DNA of 48,313 nt from NCBI GenBank assembly GCA_047634655.1, contig JBLIHY010000001.1, positions 1-48,313 on the forward strand. Direction: 5' to 3'. The stretch comes from Cellvibrionaceae bacterium (GTDB taxonomy: Bacteria; Pseudomonadota; Gammaproteobacteria; Pseudomonadales; Cellvibrionaceae). Positions 17,122-27,398 of this stretch are shown here, one piece after another (positions within the stretch are counted from its first letter, which is position 1; every line of letters begins with the position of its first letter). The notes beneath the pieces are model-generated. The model worked only from the letters and a program-made list of their open reading frames with translations. It had not been told where the DNA came from and searched no databases. The translations under genes and the position numbers were made by a program.

Positions 17122-19311
17122 ATGACTTCCAATGAAGTAAAGCAAAGTATTCAAGCGGCCTATCGCCAGTTTTTGCAGAGTCGAGGTCTGCGCGCGCGCT
17201 ACGGACAAAAGCTGATGATAGCGCGGATCGCGAATATCCTGACCGGTATAAACCGCGATTCATCGGGGGTGCGAACGAGCGATGGAAATCCTTACGCCTG
17301 TGTTATCGAAGCTGGCACCGGTACAGGAAAAACCCTGGCTTACTTGCTAGCGGCGATTCCCGTTGCGCAAAAGGCAAAGAAGAAATTAGTTATTTCTACA
17401 GCTACCATCGCCCTGCAAGAGCAGATTGTTCACAAAGATTTACCTGAAATTCAAAAGCACACCGATCTGCAGTTTGATTTTTCCCTTGCCAAGGGCCGCG
17501 GGCGTTATCTCTGTCTCAGTAAACTGGAAAAAATTCTCGTGGATGGCGACGTCCTTGGCGAAAACGACCATTCTTTGTTTGGAAGAGATTCAGATGTTTC
17601 AAAATCTGCTTCGACTTTTGCCAATAACTCCCGCGATGCCCAGCAGTCGTTATCCGTGTACCAGGACATGACCGATTCCCTCAATACAAAAAAATGGAAT
17701 GGCGATCGGGATAGCTGGTCGGATGAGGTTTTGCCAGCGGTTTGGTTACCGATAACGGCAACACACTATGAGTGCACGGGCCGCCGTTGCTCGAATGTCG
17801 CAAACTGCAGTTTTTTTAAAGCCCGGGAGGCGATTGATCGCACCGACTGTATTGTCGTCAATCACGATCTGGTGCTGGCGGATTTGGCTTTGGGCGGGGG
17901 TATGATTCTACCGCCACCGGAAGAGGCTATTTACATCTTTGATGAGGGCCATCACTTACCGGAAAAAGCCTTGAAGCACTTTGCATACCACACCCGAATT
18001 ACCGCTACTGGCAAATGGTTAGAGCAGTGCCAAAATAGCGTGCCTGCGATGATTGGTGATGTCGCCGACGCGGGTCAGGTCGAACAATACGCCAATGCAT
18101 TACCGTCTGTTTTTTTAGAGATTAGACAATTATTCGAAACGGCCTATACCCTCTGCCAGCCACTATTCGACGAAGCTAATATGGCCGTTCCGGCCCGGTC
18201 TTCATCGAATTCCCCCAAACGTCACCGCTTTGTCCAGGGTACACCTCCGCAATCTTTCATTGAGTTGGCGAGCGATCTCGAGCGTCTGTTTGAACAATTG
18301 CAAAAAAAATTATGGCTAATCAACGAAGAATTCCAATCGTTCATGGACGCTAGCTCTTGTCCGGTGCCGAGAGTTGATCTAGAGAACTGGTCTGCCACGG
18401 TCGGGAGCTGGATCGCTCGGACTGAGGCCAATCACTCTCTGTGGAGTAGCTATGCCCGTGCGGATATTTCTGCGGCGCTGCCAACCGCGCGATGGTTGAC
18501 TCTGGTCGAGTCCGCAGGTTCCACTGATTTCGAAGTCTGTTCGAGTCCGATCCTGGCTGCCGATATGCTTAACAAAAGTCTATGGAAGAGATGCTACGGC
18601 GCTGTGATTACTTCGGCGACCTTGCGTGCGCTGGGGACTTTTGAGCGTTTTAAAATGTGCTCCGGTATCGACGATAAACAGTTATTCGATGTAATGCCCT
18701 CGGCATTCGAGGCTCAGAGGGCACAACTTGTTATTCCGGATAACGCGGTTGAAGCCAATAGTGTGCAAAAACACACCGACTATCTGGTTAGCGATTTACC
18801 TGAACTACTGACAAAAGAAAAAGGCAGTCTGGTGCTGTTTGCTTCCAGGAAGCAGATGGAGGATGTTTATCATCAACTTCCCCATGAGCTGCGAAAAACT
18901 ATACTGATGCAGGGCGACGTTAGTAAGCAACGTATGATTGCACTACACAAGCAACAAATTGATGATGGCGCGAGTAGCGTATTATTTGGCCTAGCCAGTT
19001 TTGCGGAAGGCGTCGATTTACCCGGGGACTACTGTCGCCACCTTATTTTGGCAAAATTACCTTTTTCGGTGCCCGACGATCCAGTAGAAGCGACTCAGGC
19101 TGAGTGGATTGATGCCAAAGGAGGAAATGCCTTCATGGATATCTCCGTGGCCGATGCCTCTATGCGCATGATTCAGGCTTGCGGCCGTTTACTTAGGACT
19201 GAAAATGATAGCGGCGTGATTACCATTTTGGATAAGCGTCTATTAACCAAGCGCTACGGTAGATTACTACTGAATATCCTGCCGGAATACGCGGGAAAAA
19301 GTACTTACTAA
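17122..19311 (+). CDS. dinG: ATP-dependent DNA helicase DinG (XPD/Rad3-like, Fe-S)
   Basis: Walker A AGTGTGKTLAYL and a DEGHH box. The Cys cluster RYLC...C-x4-C-x5-C matches the spacing of the DinG Fe-S ligands. A helicase C-terminal QACGRLLR motif is present. Confidence 0.9.
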   Translation: MTSNEVKQSIQAAYRQFLQSRGLRARYGQKLMIARIANILTGINRDSSGVRTSDGNPYACVIEAGTGTGKTLAYLLAAIPVAQKAKKKLVISTATIALQEQIVHKDLPEIQKHTDLQFDFSLAKGRGRYLCLSKLEKILVDGDVLGENDHSLFGRDSDVSKSASTFANNSRDAQQSLSVYQDMTDSLNTKKWNGDRDSWSDEVLPAVWLPITATHYECTGRRCSNVANCSFFKAREAIDRTDCIVVNHDLVLADLALGGGMILPPPEEAIYIFDEGHHLPEKALKHFAYHTRITATGKWLEQCQNSVPAMIGDVADAGQVEQYANALPSVFLEIRQLFETAYTLCQPLFDEANMAVPARSSSNSPKRHRFVQGTPPQSFIELASDLERLFEQLQKKLWLINEEFQSFMDASSCPVPRVDLENWSATVGSWIARTEANHSLWSSYARADISAALPTARWLTLVESAGSTDFEVCSSPILAADMLNKSLWKRCYGAVITSATLRALGTFERFKMCSGIDDKQLFDVMPSAFEAQRAQLVIPDNAVEANSVQKHTDYLVSDLPELLTKEKGSLVLFASRKQMEDVYHQLPHELRKTILMQGDVSKQRMIALHKQQIDDGASSVLFGLASFAEGVDLPGDYCRHLILAKLPFSVPDDPVEATQAEWIDAKGGNAFMDISVADASMRMIQACGRLLRTENDSGVITILDKRLLTKRYGRLLLNILPEYAGKSTY

Positions 19312-19970
19312 AGGGGTCTTTGCGAAGAACACTCTGAAATCTCAAAACGTCGAAATTAAACGCGGAGGCTTTTTTGGCACTGCTTTTTAAAGCGCACATT
19401 TATCGAAAAATTGGCTCAGCATGTTAGGTTGCATTTTTATAATGGAAGTTTACAGCCTAAACTAAATTTTTAACGGGCGACCACGTTGCTTAACGTAATT
19501 AAAAATAGTAAAACTTCCCTAAAGATTTAAGAGATATAACTCCATAAAATAAAACAATAATGGCTTGTATTAAAAATTTCTAATAAAAAATCCATTGAGA
19601 AAAAATTAGAAATAAGCTTTCGAATAATAAAGATTTTAGTAGAACGATAAGCAAGAAAGAGTATCTATAAAAAAACAATAAATCTGAGTCAGAAAATTAC
19701 AAATAAAATCTACCATCCGCACCGAACACATTGGCGACGTGTTGTTGGAGCTGCCATATCAAAAGTCCTATCGAGTTATACCGGGTAAAGTCAATCTATG
19801 GCCATTGGAGTGACAATCATTCGAGAGGCGATCTTTAATCGCTCCAATCGATATATTGCGGCGTCATTGTAATAATTGCCAAGTTGTAACTTTGGAATCC
19901 TGCAGACATGGATTAGGCTGGCATCGATCATGGGCGCTACTGGCTATAAGTTGGTTGTTAAGCTTTTCCA

Positions 19971-20696
19971 TTAGCCTTTAAATAAGCCAATCATTACGGG
20001 TATCAGCAAAGATGAAACCAGAGCAGAGAGTGCCATGGACAGCCCGGAGAAGGCTCCCATGGTTAAGTTGCTCTGAAGAGCTCTAGCAGTTCCAATACCA
20101 TGGGCGCTGGCGCCCATGGCGACACCTTTTACGGCATTGTCTTCAATACGCAGATACTTAAGTAGGGTGTTGCCGGTAACGGCGCCAATGATACCCGTGG
20201 TCACCACCAAAACCGCGGTGAGAGTTGAGATGCCTCCAATGGCTTCGGAAATACTCATTGCCACGGGCGCGGTCACTGATTTTGGTGCCAGCGATAGCCA
20301 AATAGCGGTATCCGCGCCGGTAAGCTTCGCGATGCCTATGGAGCTGCCCGTGCCAACAATAACGCCGACTAATATACCGACCATTAGCGGAACGAACAGC
20401 GACTTAATCCGATCCAGTTGTAAATAAAGCGGAATGGCTAGGGCAACCGTCGCCGGCCCCAGTAAAAAGTGTATAAATTGAGCACCAAAAAAATAGTCCT
20501 GATAGGGCATGTCGATCAACAGTAACAGACCTATGAGCAGCGCGACGGCGATTGCTACCGGATTGGCGATGGCAGCCGAATTTACCGCTAGATAAAAACG
20601 GTGGGCCAGATGATAAATAACCAAAGTTACTGTCAGACCAAAAAGCGGAGATGCCGCCAGATAGATCCAGATTTCATTTAAATCCTCAATCAGCAC
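19971..20696 (-). CDS. lrgB: LrgB/CidB family membrane protein
   Basis: 241 aa and polytopic, LrgB-like (PKSVTAPVAM, GASAHGIGTA). It is adjacent to and co-oriented with the LrgA-like gene. Confidence 0.85.
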   Translation of the reverse strand: MLIEDLNEIWIYLAASPLFGLTVTLVIYHLAHRFYLAVNSAAIANPVAIAVALLIGLLLLIDMPYQDYFFGAQFIHFLLGPATVALAIPLYLQLDRIKSLFVPLMVGILVGVIVGTGSSIGIAKLTGADTAIWLSLAPKSVTAPVAMSISEAIGGISTLTAVLVVTTGIIGAVTGNTLLKYLRIEDNAVKGVAMGASAHGIGTARALQSNLTMGAFSGLSMALSALVSSLLIPVMIGLFKG

Positions 20697-20698
20697 CT

Positions 20699-21055
20699 TT
20701 AGTTCCTCCTGGATAAAAACTTAAGACAAAACTGCATGGACAAGGCCACACTTGCCATAGTTATCCACATTCCGAACACCAGCGTCATGACAATCGGAAA
20801 CCACTGATTCGCCAGCTGGTGTGCATAGACCATAACACCGACGCCAGCGGGTACGAACAGTAGCGATAAATGACTGAGTAATTGTGTCGCTGGTTTTTCC
20901 AAAACGGGCAATAGTGATTTTTTTAATACTAGAGTTAGAAACAGCAAGGCCATTCCCATCACGGGGCCAGGGATGGGCAGTTGTAAAATTTTTACACACA
21001 ATTCACCGATAAGTTGGTAAACCAGTAAGATGGTGAGACCATTTATGAAGGCCAT
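20699..21055 (-). CDS. lrgA: LrgA/CidA holin-like family protein
   Basis: 118 aa and 4 TM helices, LrgA-like (PIPGPVMGM, LLFVPAGVG). There is a 2-nt gap to lrgB. Confidence 0.8.
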   Translation of the reverse strand: MAFINGLTILLVYQLIGELCVKILQLPIPGPVMGMALLFLTLVLKKSLLPVLEKPATQLLSHLSLLFVPAGVGVMVYAHQLANQWFPIVMTLVFGMWITMASVALSMQFCLKFLSRRN

Positions 21056-21491
21056 AAATTAACTCCGTTGTTATTGTGTAGCTCCAGCGAACTCGCTTTC
21101 TAGCTCACCAGATATTCTGAAATTTTTTCTGTAAAAAATAAAATTTTGTTTATCAATTCATAGATTATTGCTTTGTGGATACCGATAACATTCTCACAAG
21201 TTGAATAGTGGCTTTATCGGTAAGTCAGATCCGCAAGTAGATACCATGGCTCTGGCTGATTTTGATTTATTCCAGCATTCGAATCTATATCGAACCACTT
21301 TCAAATCAGCTTTATTAATGACCACTACAAAGATTTTTTTAGAGCAGTGAACCCCAATCGTATATTGATCGAGGCTCTGCATAGGAATTACAGTTCAGAG
21401 CACTTAGTCGTCGATAATGACCAACGAATTGACGAACTAGTGCTCGGTTGGTGTCGGCATAGGTGAGTGCTGACTGGACTGGATTGAGGAA

Positions 21492-23063
21492 TTATTTCAC
21501 TTGGGGGCCAGCATTGACGATAGCTTCGTTCGCTCCAAATTTTTTGATGTTTTCGGCGAATAAGCTCGCTAATTTTCTCGCTTGGGTGTCGTACTCTGCT
21601 TTTTTCTCCCAAGCGTCACGAGAATTTACAAGGTGCTTGTCGACACCGGGAACCTCCAGGGGAACCTCTAGATTGAGAATGTCCAAGCGTTGAGTTCCGA
21701 TTCCTTCCAGGGCGCCATTTTGAATCGCTGCGACTACTGCGCGGGTGACTGGAATAGGAAAGCGCGAGCCTTTGCCACCAACTCCACCATAACCGCCGGT
21801 CCAGCCGGTATTCACTAGATAAACCCGAGAACCGAAATCTTCGATACGCCTCATCAGTAGGTCGCCGTATTCCCTCGCGGGGCGAGGCATAAAGGGCGCG
21901 CCAAAACAGGTGGAGAAAACAGGGTGGATGCCGGCCTCGGCGCCCAGTTCCGTAGAACCTACTTTGGCAGTATATCCAGAGAGAAAGTGGTATGCCGCGG
22001 CTTCCTTGCTGAGTATCGCAACCGGGGGCAGAACGCCAAAGACGTCACAGGTGAGGAAGATGACATTAACGGGCTCGCTCGCCCGGTTTTCGGGCAGGCG
22101 CATTTTCACGTGTTCAAGCGGATAAGAGCAGCGGCCGTTTTCCGTCAGGCTGGTATCGTGATAATCGGGGACGCCATCTTCATCGTGCAGAACATTTTCG
22201 ACAATCGCACCATCGCGAATAGCATCCCAGATGACTGGCTCGTCTTTCTGGCTGAGATTGATGGTTTTGGCATAGCAACCGCCCTCGATATTGAAGATAG
22301 AACCCTTGGTCCAACCGTGTTCATCGTCGCCGATCAGGTAGCGTTCTGGATCTGCTGACAGAGTGGTTTTCCCGGTCCCAGAGAGCCCGAAAAATAGGCA
22401 GGTATCGTTGTTTTTTCCGACATTTGCCGAGCAGTGCATGGGCAGTACATCTTTTTCTGGCAGTAGAAAGTTCTGTACCGAAAACATGGATTTTTTCATT
22501 TCTCCGGCGTATTTCATCCCAGCTATAAGAATTTTACGCTGGCCAAAATGAATGCAGACAATACCCTTTGATTGACAGCCGTCGCGAGCGGGATCACAGA
22601 CAAAATTGGCAGCGTGAAAAATCTTCCACACTTCTTTGCCCTTTGGGTTGTAGTCGTCGCCAGCGACACGAATGAACATGTTGTGAGCGAACAGCGCGTG
22701 CCAGGCTGTTTCGCTACGCACAATCAGGGGTAAATAGTGATCTTCGTCTTCGCCGGCATGGTAGTGACCAATAAAATTATCCACCTCCGAGAGATGCTCA
22801 TCGACACGATCCCAGAGTTCGTCAAATTTCTCTGCTGGGAAAGGGCGGTTGACAGCCCCCCAGTCAATGGTATCGGCGGTGGAGGGTTCTTCAACAATGA
22901 AACGGTCAGCGGGCGAACGGCCGGTGCGCGCGCCGGTTTCAGTCACTAATGCCCCAGTATGAGAAAGCCTGCCTTCGCCACGTTCGAGGGCTTGATCTAT
23001 TAGCTCTTGTGCACTGAGATCTTTGAATATTGTTACAGAAGTATCTTCGGCAACTTGTATCAT
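21492..23063 (-). CDS. pckA: Phosphoenolpyruvate carboxykinase (ATP)
   Basis: Kinase-1a motif [13 protein letters not shown] plus LIGDDEHGW and GGCYAK. Full-length at 523 aa. Confidence 0.97.
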   Translation of the reverse strand: MIQVAEDTSVTIFKDLSAQELIDQALERGEGRLSHTGALVTETGARTGRSPADRFIVEEPSTADTIDWGAVNRPFPAEKFDELWDRVDEHLSEVDNFIGHYHAGEDEDHYLPLIVRSETAWHALFAHNMFIRVAGDDYNPKGKEVWKIFHAANFVCDPARDGCQSKGIVCIHFGQRKILIAGMKYAGEMKKSMFSVQNFLLPEKDVLPMHCSANVGKNNDTCLFFGLSGTGKTTLSADPERYLIGDDEHGWTKGSIFNIEGGCYAKTINLSQKDEPVIWDAIRDGAIVENVLHDEDGVPDYHDTSLTENGRCSYPLEHVKMRLPENRASEPVNVIFLTCDVFGVLPPVAILSKEAAAYHFLSGYTAKVGSTELGAEAGIHPVFSTCFGAPFMPRPAREYGDLLMRRIEDFGSRVYLVNTGWTGGYGGVGGKGSRFPIPVTRAVVAAIQNGALEGIGTQRLDILNLEVPLEVPGVDKHLVNSRDAWEKKAEYDTQARKLASLFAENIKKFGANEAIVNAGPQVK

Positions 23064-23498
23064 ATTAAAATCCTGTTTATTGCTTCTTAGCGCTGCTTTT
23101 TATAAGGCTAAAAGATAAGGTGAATTATTATATTGTTGAAATATTTACCCAATGAAGTGTTAGAAATTTCCGGTCATCAATGATTTAGGTCGGGCTTCAC
23201 CACGAAATAATTTCTAAAGTTTGTTCGTGTAGGTGCTGAAGCGGAAGACCGATGTCCTCGATGGTGAGTCCAAGGCTTCGCTCGAGTCAGCAGAACATTC
23301 AAATGTTATCCTAGGATACACAAAAATGCTAAGAATGTGGTTCTTTTGAAAGGGTGTCCTGTTCAAGGCTCTCCCCAATAAAGTACACTAAGACTCACTG
23401 AGTGGCGAAAATCATCTTCGCCGACAAAATTTGCGAGCGCTTACTACCGTTATCAACCAGATAACTGTTAACTATCCCATTTTTCAGGAGAAAAATTA

Positions 23499-24161
23499 AT
23501 GTCACTACGTATTAACGATCAGGCACCGAATTTTGTTGCGCAAACCACTCATGGTGAAATTAATTTTCACGAGTGGATCGGCGGTAGCTGGGCTATTTTG
23601 TTTTCTCACCCGAAAGATTACACACCTGTATGTACTACTGAACTGGGCCGAGCCGCTTCGCTGGAAGCAGAATTTGCCAAGCGCCACTGCAAGCTAATAG
23701 GGCTTAGCATCGATCCTGTTGCGGATCATTCAGGCTGGTCTAAAGATATCGAGGAAACTCAGGGATACAAAGTAAATTTCCCCATGATTGCCGATGTCGA
23801 TCTCAATGTTTCCAAACTTTACAATATGTTTCCAGCCGATGAGACCGGCAGTGCCGAAGGGCGTACAGCACTCACCAACGCGACAGTGCGTTCGGTCTTT
23901 ATCATCGGCCCGGATAAAAATATCAAGCTGATGATGACCTACCCGATGACCACCGGTCGCAATTTCAATGAAATTTTGCGTGTTCTGGATTCAATGCAAT
24001 TGACGGCAAAGCATAAAGTCGCTACACCAGCGAACTGGGAAGATGGCGATGATGTGATCATCGTGCCGGCAGTATCTAACGATGAAGCCAAACAGAAATA
24101 CCCGGACGGCTGGAAGGAGCTAAAGCCCTATCTGCGTGTGATTAAACAGCCCGCAGACTAA
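23499..24161 (+). CDS. lsfA: 1-Cys peroxiredoxin (Prx6/LsfA type)
   Basis: SHPKDYTPVCTTELG active site and the TGRNFNEILRVLDSMQLT tail. It is collinear by eye with Pseudomonas LsfA. Confidence 0.9.
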   Translation: MSLRINDQAPNFVAQTTHGEINFHEWIGGSWAILFSHPKDYTPVCTTELGRAASLEAEFAKRHCKLIGLSIDPVADHSGWSKDIEETQGYKVNFPMIADVDLNVSKLYNMFPADETGSAEGRTALTNATVRSVFIIGPDKNIKLMMTYPMTTGRNFNEILRVLDSMQLTAKHKVATPANWEDGDDVIIVPAVSNDEAKQKYPDGWKELKPYLRVIKQPAD

Positions 24162-24327
24162 TTCAGCAGCGGGACCATAAACAGAATAAAAAAAACCACT
24201 TTATTTAACCCGAAAATTATTTATTAATTCGGTAAAGAAATGGTTTCCCCAGCTGTTTCATTGCCGGATCAAATCTGATGATTTTCGGTGAATTATTTTT
24301 AGAAAATTCCTAAAGCCACGATGGCTG

Positions 24328-24717
24328 TCATTCATTTTTATCGATGGTTTCTCTGAACCGATGAATCTGACGCCGTTGTTTTTTGGTGGGTCTTCCCTCG
24401 GTGATTACCGAAGATTTTAACGCCTTCCGCTGTATCGCCAGTTTTTCGCGATTTTCCAAACTCGCGTTGGTTTCTCGATAAAGCAGAGCTGCTTCGCTAG
24501 CCCCGCGGCGCTGGTTCGATAGCGCAATAACCTTTATTTCCAGCTCTTCCCAGCCCCGGCGTAGCTTGACCAAGGTGTTTGCAGCGATTTCTCTGCTGGC
24601 CTTGACGCGCTGGCCGTCGCAATAAACCCGGCCGTTTTCAATGGCTTGTTTGGCGAGGCTGCGGGTTTTGAAAAACCGTGCGGCCCATAGCCACTTATCT
24701 ATGCGCAGCTTATCCAT
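24328..24717 (-). CDS. hslR: Ribosome-associated heat shock protein Hsp15 (S4 domain)
   Basis: RIDKWLWAARFFKTRSLA plus ASEAALLYRET, matching E. coli HslR. Confidence 0.9.
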   Translation of the reverse strand: MDKLRIDKWLWAARFFKTRSLAKQAIENGRVYCDGQRVKASREIAANTLVKLRRGWEELEIKVIALSNQRRGASEAALLYRETNASLENREKLAIQRKALKSSVITEGRPTKKQRRQIHRFRETIDKNE

Positions 24718-25372
24718 GACTCAGCCCATCGAGAATTTCATCAAAGTGGTGAATAGCGGGTACCTGGTCGACGGTTCGATGAACAGTACTGTCTGGTTGA
24801 TGAATGCCCAATATATGTTTGATGCCAAATGCAATCGCTGTGTTCAGTACGGTCAAGTTGTCGTCGATGAATAGAGTGCGTTTGCGATCAAAGCTCAAGT
24901 GTTGATCCAAGCTTTGCCAGAACGCCAATTGTTCTTTGGGATAGCCAAATTGGTGAGAGGAAATGATTTCCTTGAAGTGCGCTTCGATTTGAATTTCATC
25001 CATTTTTATGGCGACCCCCGCCGGATGCGAGTTGGTAACCAGGTAGATAGTTTTTTTACTTTGGCCCAGTCGATTTAATAACTCCCTGGCGTGAGGTCGC
25101 TCCTTGATTTTGCATCTTATTTCCTTTTTGAGCTTCACAACATCTACGCCGAGGCGATCAGACCAATAATCCAGGCAATACCACTGCAGTGTGCCTTCAA
25201 CCGCTCGAATATGTTCGAGAACTTGCTGCTGGGCAATTTTCCTTTCAATCTTTTTGATTTGTGCAAATCGTTGCGGCAGATGTATCATCCAGAAATGATT
25301 ATCGTAATAGAGATCTAACAGAGTCCCATCCATGTCTAGCATGACCGTATCAATCTCATCCCAGTTAAGCAT
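24710..25372 (-). CDS. yrfG: HAD-superfamily hydrolase, YrfG (GMP/IMP nucleotidase)-like
   Basis: From the ATG at 25372 the product starts MLNWDEIDTVMLDMDGTLLD (DxDxT) and contains VTNS and FIDDN motifs. It overlaps hslR by 8 nt, as in the enterobacterial yrfG-hslR operon. Confidence 0.8.
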   Translation of the reverse strand: MLNWDEIDTVMLDMDGTLLDLYYDNHFWMIHLPQRFAQIKKIERKIAQQQVLEHIRAVEGTLQWYCLDYWSDRLGVDVVKLKKEIRCKIKERPHARELLNRLGQSKKTIYLVTNSHPAGVAIKMDEIQIEAHFKEIISSHQFGYPKEQLAFWQSLDQHLSFDRKRTLFIDDNLTVLNTAIAFGIKHILGIHQPDSTVHRTVDQVPAIHHFDEILDGLSHG

Positions 25373-25446
25373 TTTGCAAGCTCGGATTTTTAAAAATACT
25401 ATTATCCGACGATTCTCACAACAAGCAAGCATGGGGTGAATGGGCA

Positions 25447-26313
25447 ATGAAAATGCCAGATGGCATCGATGCCTCGACACTAGCTGAGTTGAAGAATCTC
25501 TCTTGCGAAGCCGGTCAGCGCATTTTGGAGATTTATAAAAATGACAGCGGTTTTACGGTGGAATACAAGCGGGACCAATCGCCTGTTACTCAGGCAGATC
25601 TGGTGGCAAACCAATGTTTGTTGGAAGGTTTGGCGGCGCTAACTCCCGATTTGCCTATTATCTCTGAAGAGGGCGACTTACCGGCTTTTAATGAACGCCA
25701 GCGGTGGCCAACCTATTGGCTAATCGACCCTTTGGATGGCACCAAGGGATTTATTAACCGCAATGACGAGTTTACTGTGAACGTGGCGTTGATTCACAAG
25801 GGCAGTCCGATATTGGGGGTCGTTCATGTGCCGGTATCCGGTGTGACTTACACCGGAAGCGTGAGTGGAGGCGCTCATCGTTGGCAATGTGGCTTGTCCG
25901 AGGTGATCAGAGTTCGTCGATTAAGCCACCAAATTTCCAAAGGCCTGCCCATTGACGTTGTAACTAGCCGCCAAATTCGCTCTCAAAAAGTTTTGCAACT
26001 GTGCCGCAGTATTCAGCAACAGCTCGGTCCAGTAGATTGTCAATCTTACGGTAGTTCTCTGAAATTATGTCAAGTGGCGGCTGGCGAAGCTGACCTTTAT
26101 CCACGGTTTAGTCCAACGTCGGAATGGGATACTGCCGCGGCCCAAGCGATTGTCGAAGCCGCCGGTGGTCATGTGACAGATAACTTATTGAAACCACTGA
26201 GTTACAACCAGAAAGCTTCCTGGTTAAATCCAGATTTTTTTGTCATGGGAGATACCCCCGAGCGTTGGTCAAGCGTTCTGGTAGACTCGGCGGTAAAACC
26301 GTCTTCCGGCTGA
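25447..26313 (+). CDS. cysQ: 3'(2'),5'-bisphosphate nucleotidase
   Basis: Inositol monophosphatase-fold motifs ISEE, WLIDPLDGT and EWDTAAAQAIV. Confidence 0.88.
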   Translation: MKMPDGIDASTLAELKNLSCEAGQRILEIYKNDSGFTVEYKRDQSPVTQADLVANQCLLEGLAALTPDLPIISEEGDLPAFNERQRWPTYWLIDPLDGTKGFINRNDEFTVNVALIHKGSPILGVVHVPVSGVTYTGSVSGGAHRWQCGLSEVIRVRRLSHQISKGLPIDVVTSRQIRSQKVLQLCRSIQQQLGPVDCQSYGSSLKLCQVAAGEADLYPRFSPTSEWDTAAAQAIVEAAGGHVTDNLLKPLSYNQKASWLNPDFFVMGDTPERWSSVLVDSAVKPSSG

Positions 26314-26316
26314 TCA

Positions 26317-26336
26317 GGTAGGAAAGCTTTCCTACC
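26317..26336. repeat. Perfect 20-nt palindrome GGTAGGAAAGCTTTCCTACC just after the cysQ stop
   Basis: Read directly. No U-tract follows, so at best it is a non-canonical terminator or RNA-stability hairpin. Confidence 0.4.
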
Positions 26337-26555
26337 GGTATAAAGTCTTGGCTGCACTGGGCCCACGTGAGTGAAATACCTTCTTTTATCTCTCTTACTG
26401 ATAATTGCTGACAAAATAGCTCTAAGGTTCAAGACTCGATATAATCAAAGTTTATCAATGGTTGTTAAGCCAATAGTGTCATTGGATCTTCCCGTTGTCT
26501 CGAGTCCTCAATATCTTTACTCGAAGCCTATCCTCTATAGCATCTATCAGCGATT

Positions 26556-26777
26556 ATGCATACTCAATCAATCGAAGAACTCTGTCAGAAGGTCGAGAAA
26601 CTAATACACCGATGTGAGCAGCTTCAACAGGAGAACACGAATTTGCTCAACAGAGAAAAACAGTGGAAACGTGAAAAAGTGCGTCTGATCGAAAAGAATG
26701 AATTGGTTCGTACACGGGTGGAAACCATGATCACCTATCTCAAGACTCATCAAAAAGCTGGCGACCAAGTTGTGTAA
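26556..26777 (+). CDS. Short coiled-coil protein of the kind found immediately upstream of zapA in pseudomonads (ZapB-like)
   Basis: 73 aa with a heptad-rich sequence (CEQLQQENTNLLNREKQWKREKVRLIEKNE). It ends 5 nt before zapA. Confidence 0.65.
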   Translation: MHTQSIEELCQKVEKLIHRCEQLQQENTNLLNREKQWKREKVRLIEKNELVRTRVETMITYLKTHQKAGDQVV

Positions 26778-26782
26778 AAACT

Positions 26783-27055
26783 ATGACTACGGAAACTTTG
26801 GTTGTACATATTCTAGGTAAAGATTACCAGGTTGCCTGCCCATCCAATAAGCGTAACGACTTGTTGCAAGCAGCTTCCGAACTGGATCGGCGGATGCGAG
26901 CAATTCGCCAATCTGGCAATGTTATCGGAGTCGAACGAATCGCGATTATGGCTGCTCTAAACTTGGCTAACGAAGTCTTGCGAAGCGGCGCCAGCAAAGA
27001 AGATCGACAACGGATTGAATCGTTGAATAAGCGTCTTGATCACGTGTTGGGATAG
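26783..27055 (+). CDS. zapA: Cell division protein ZapA
   Basis: 90 aa starting ILGKDYQVACP, with ERIAIMAALNLANE. It sits in the conserved position upstream of ssrS-ygfA. Confidence 0.85.
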   Translation: MTTETLVVHILGKDYQVACPSNKRNDLLQAASELDRRMRAIRQSGNVIGVERIAIMAALNLANEVLRSGASKEDRQRIESLNKRLDHVLG

Positions 27056-27178
27056 ACCCGACGAGCGGGACGCCCAGCGCCTAATCGTATGGCTTCACCT
27101 TTGCAGTGACTAACTCTCGTCTGTCCCCGCCTTGAAGAAATCATCCTAAATTACTTTATTGACTCTTCTTATCTGCGC

Positions 27179-27184
27179 TATAAT
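27179..27184 (+). promoter_or_regulatory. -10 box (TATAAT) of the putative 6S RNA promoter
   Basis: Consensus TATAAT lies 6 nt upstream of the predicted 6S 5' end. A TTGACT at 27159-27164 is only 14 nt away (suboptimal). TTTATT/TTATTG candidates give a 16-18 nt spacing. Confidence 0.5.
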
Positions 27185-27190
27185 CTCAGT

Positions 27191-27370
27191 ATTCCTAGAG
27201 CGTTCGCCAGTCATAGTACTCTTGAGCCGATAATATGGCCTTCGGAGGTTCCTCGTATTCGATGGTGTGCAAGTCCGCTAGACGGAAAGCCTAATTTGAA
27301 TCAGGAGCCCCCACCCTGAACTTTTACGGTTCAAGGTCATTTTGACAGCGACGCTTTGGGATCTTACCTA
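27191..27370 (+). ncRNA. ssrS: 6S RNA
   Basis: It occupies the zapA-ssrS-ygfA synteny slot. By eye it shares blocks with E. coli 6S RNA: 5' AUUCCUAGAG..GUUCGC, UGAGCCGAUA, GAAAGCCUAA, CACCCUGAAC...GGUUCAAGG. The 3' end CGCUUUGGGAUCUU can pair with the 5' end. Ends are approximate (+/-5 nt). Confidence 0.8.
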
Positions 27371-27398
27371 CTCCTGGCGCACTTGAGCTACCATTCCA

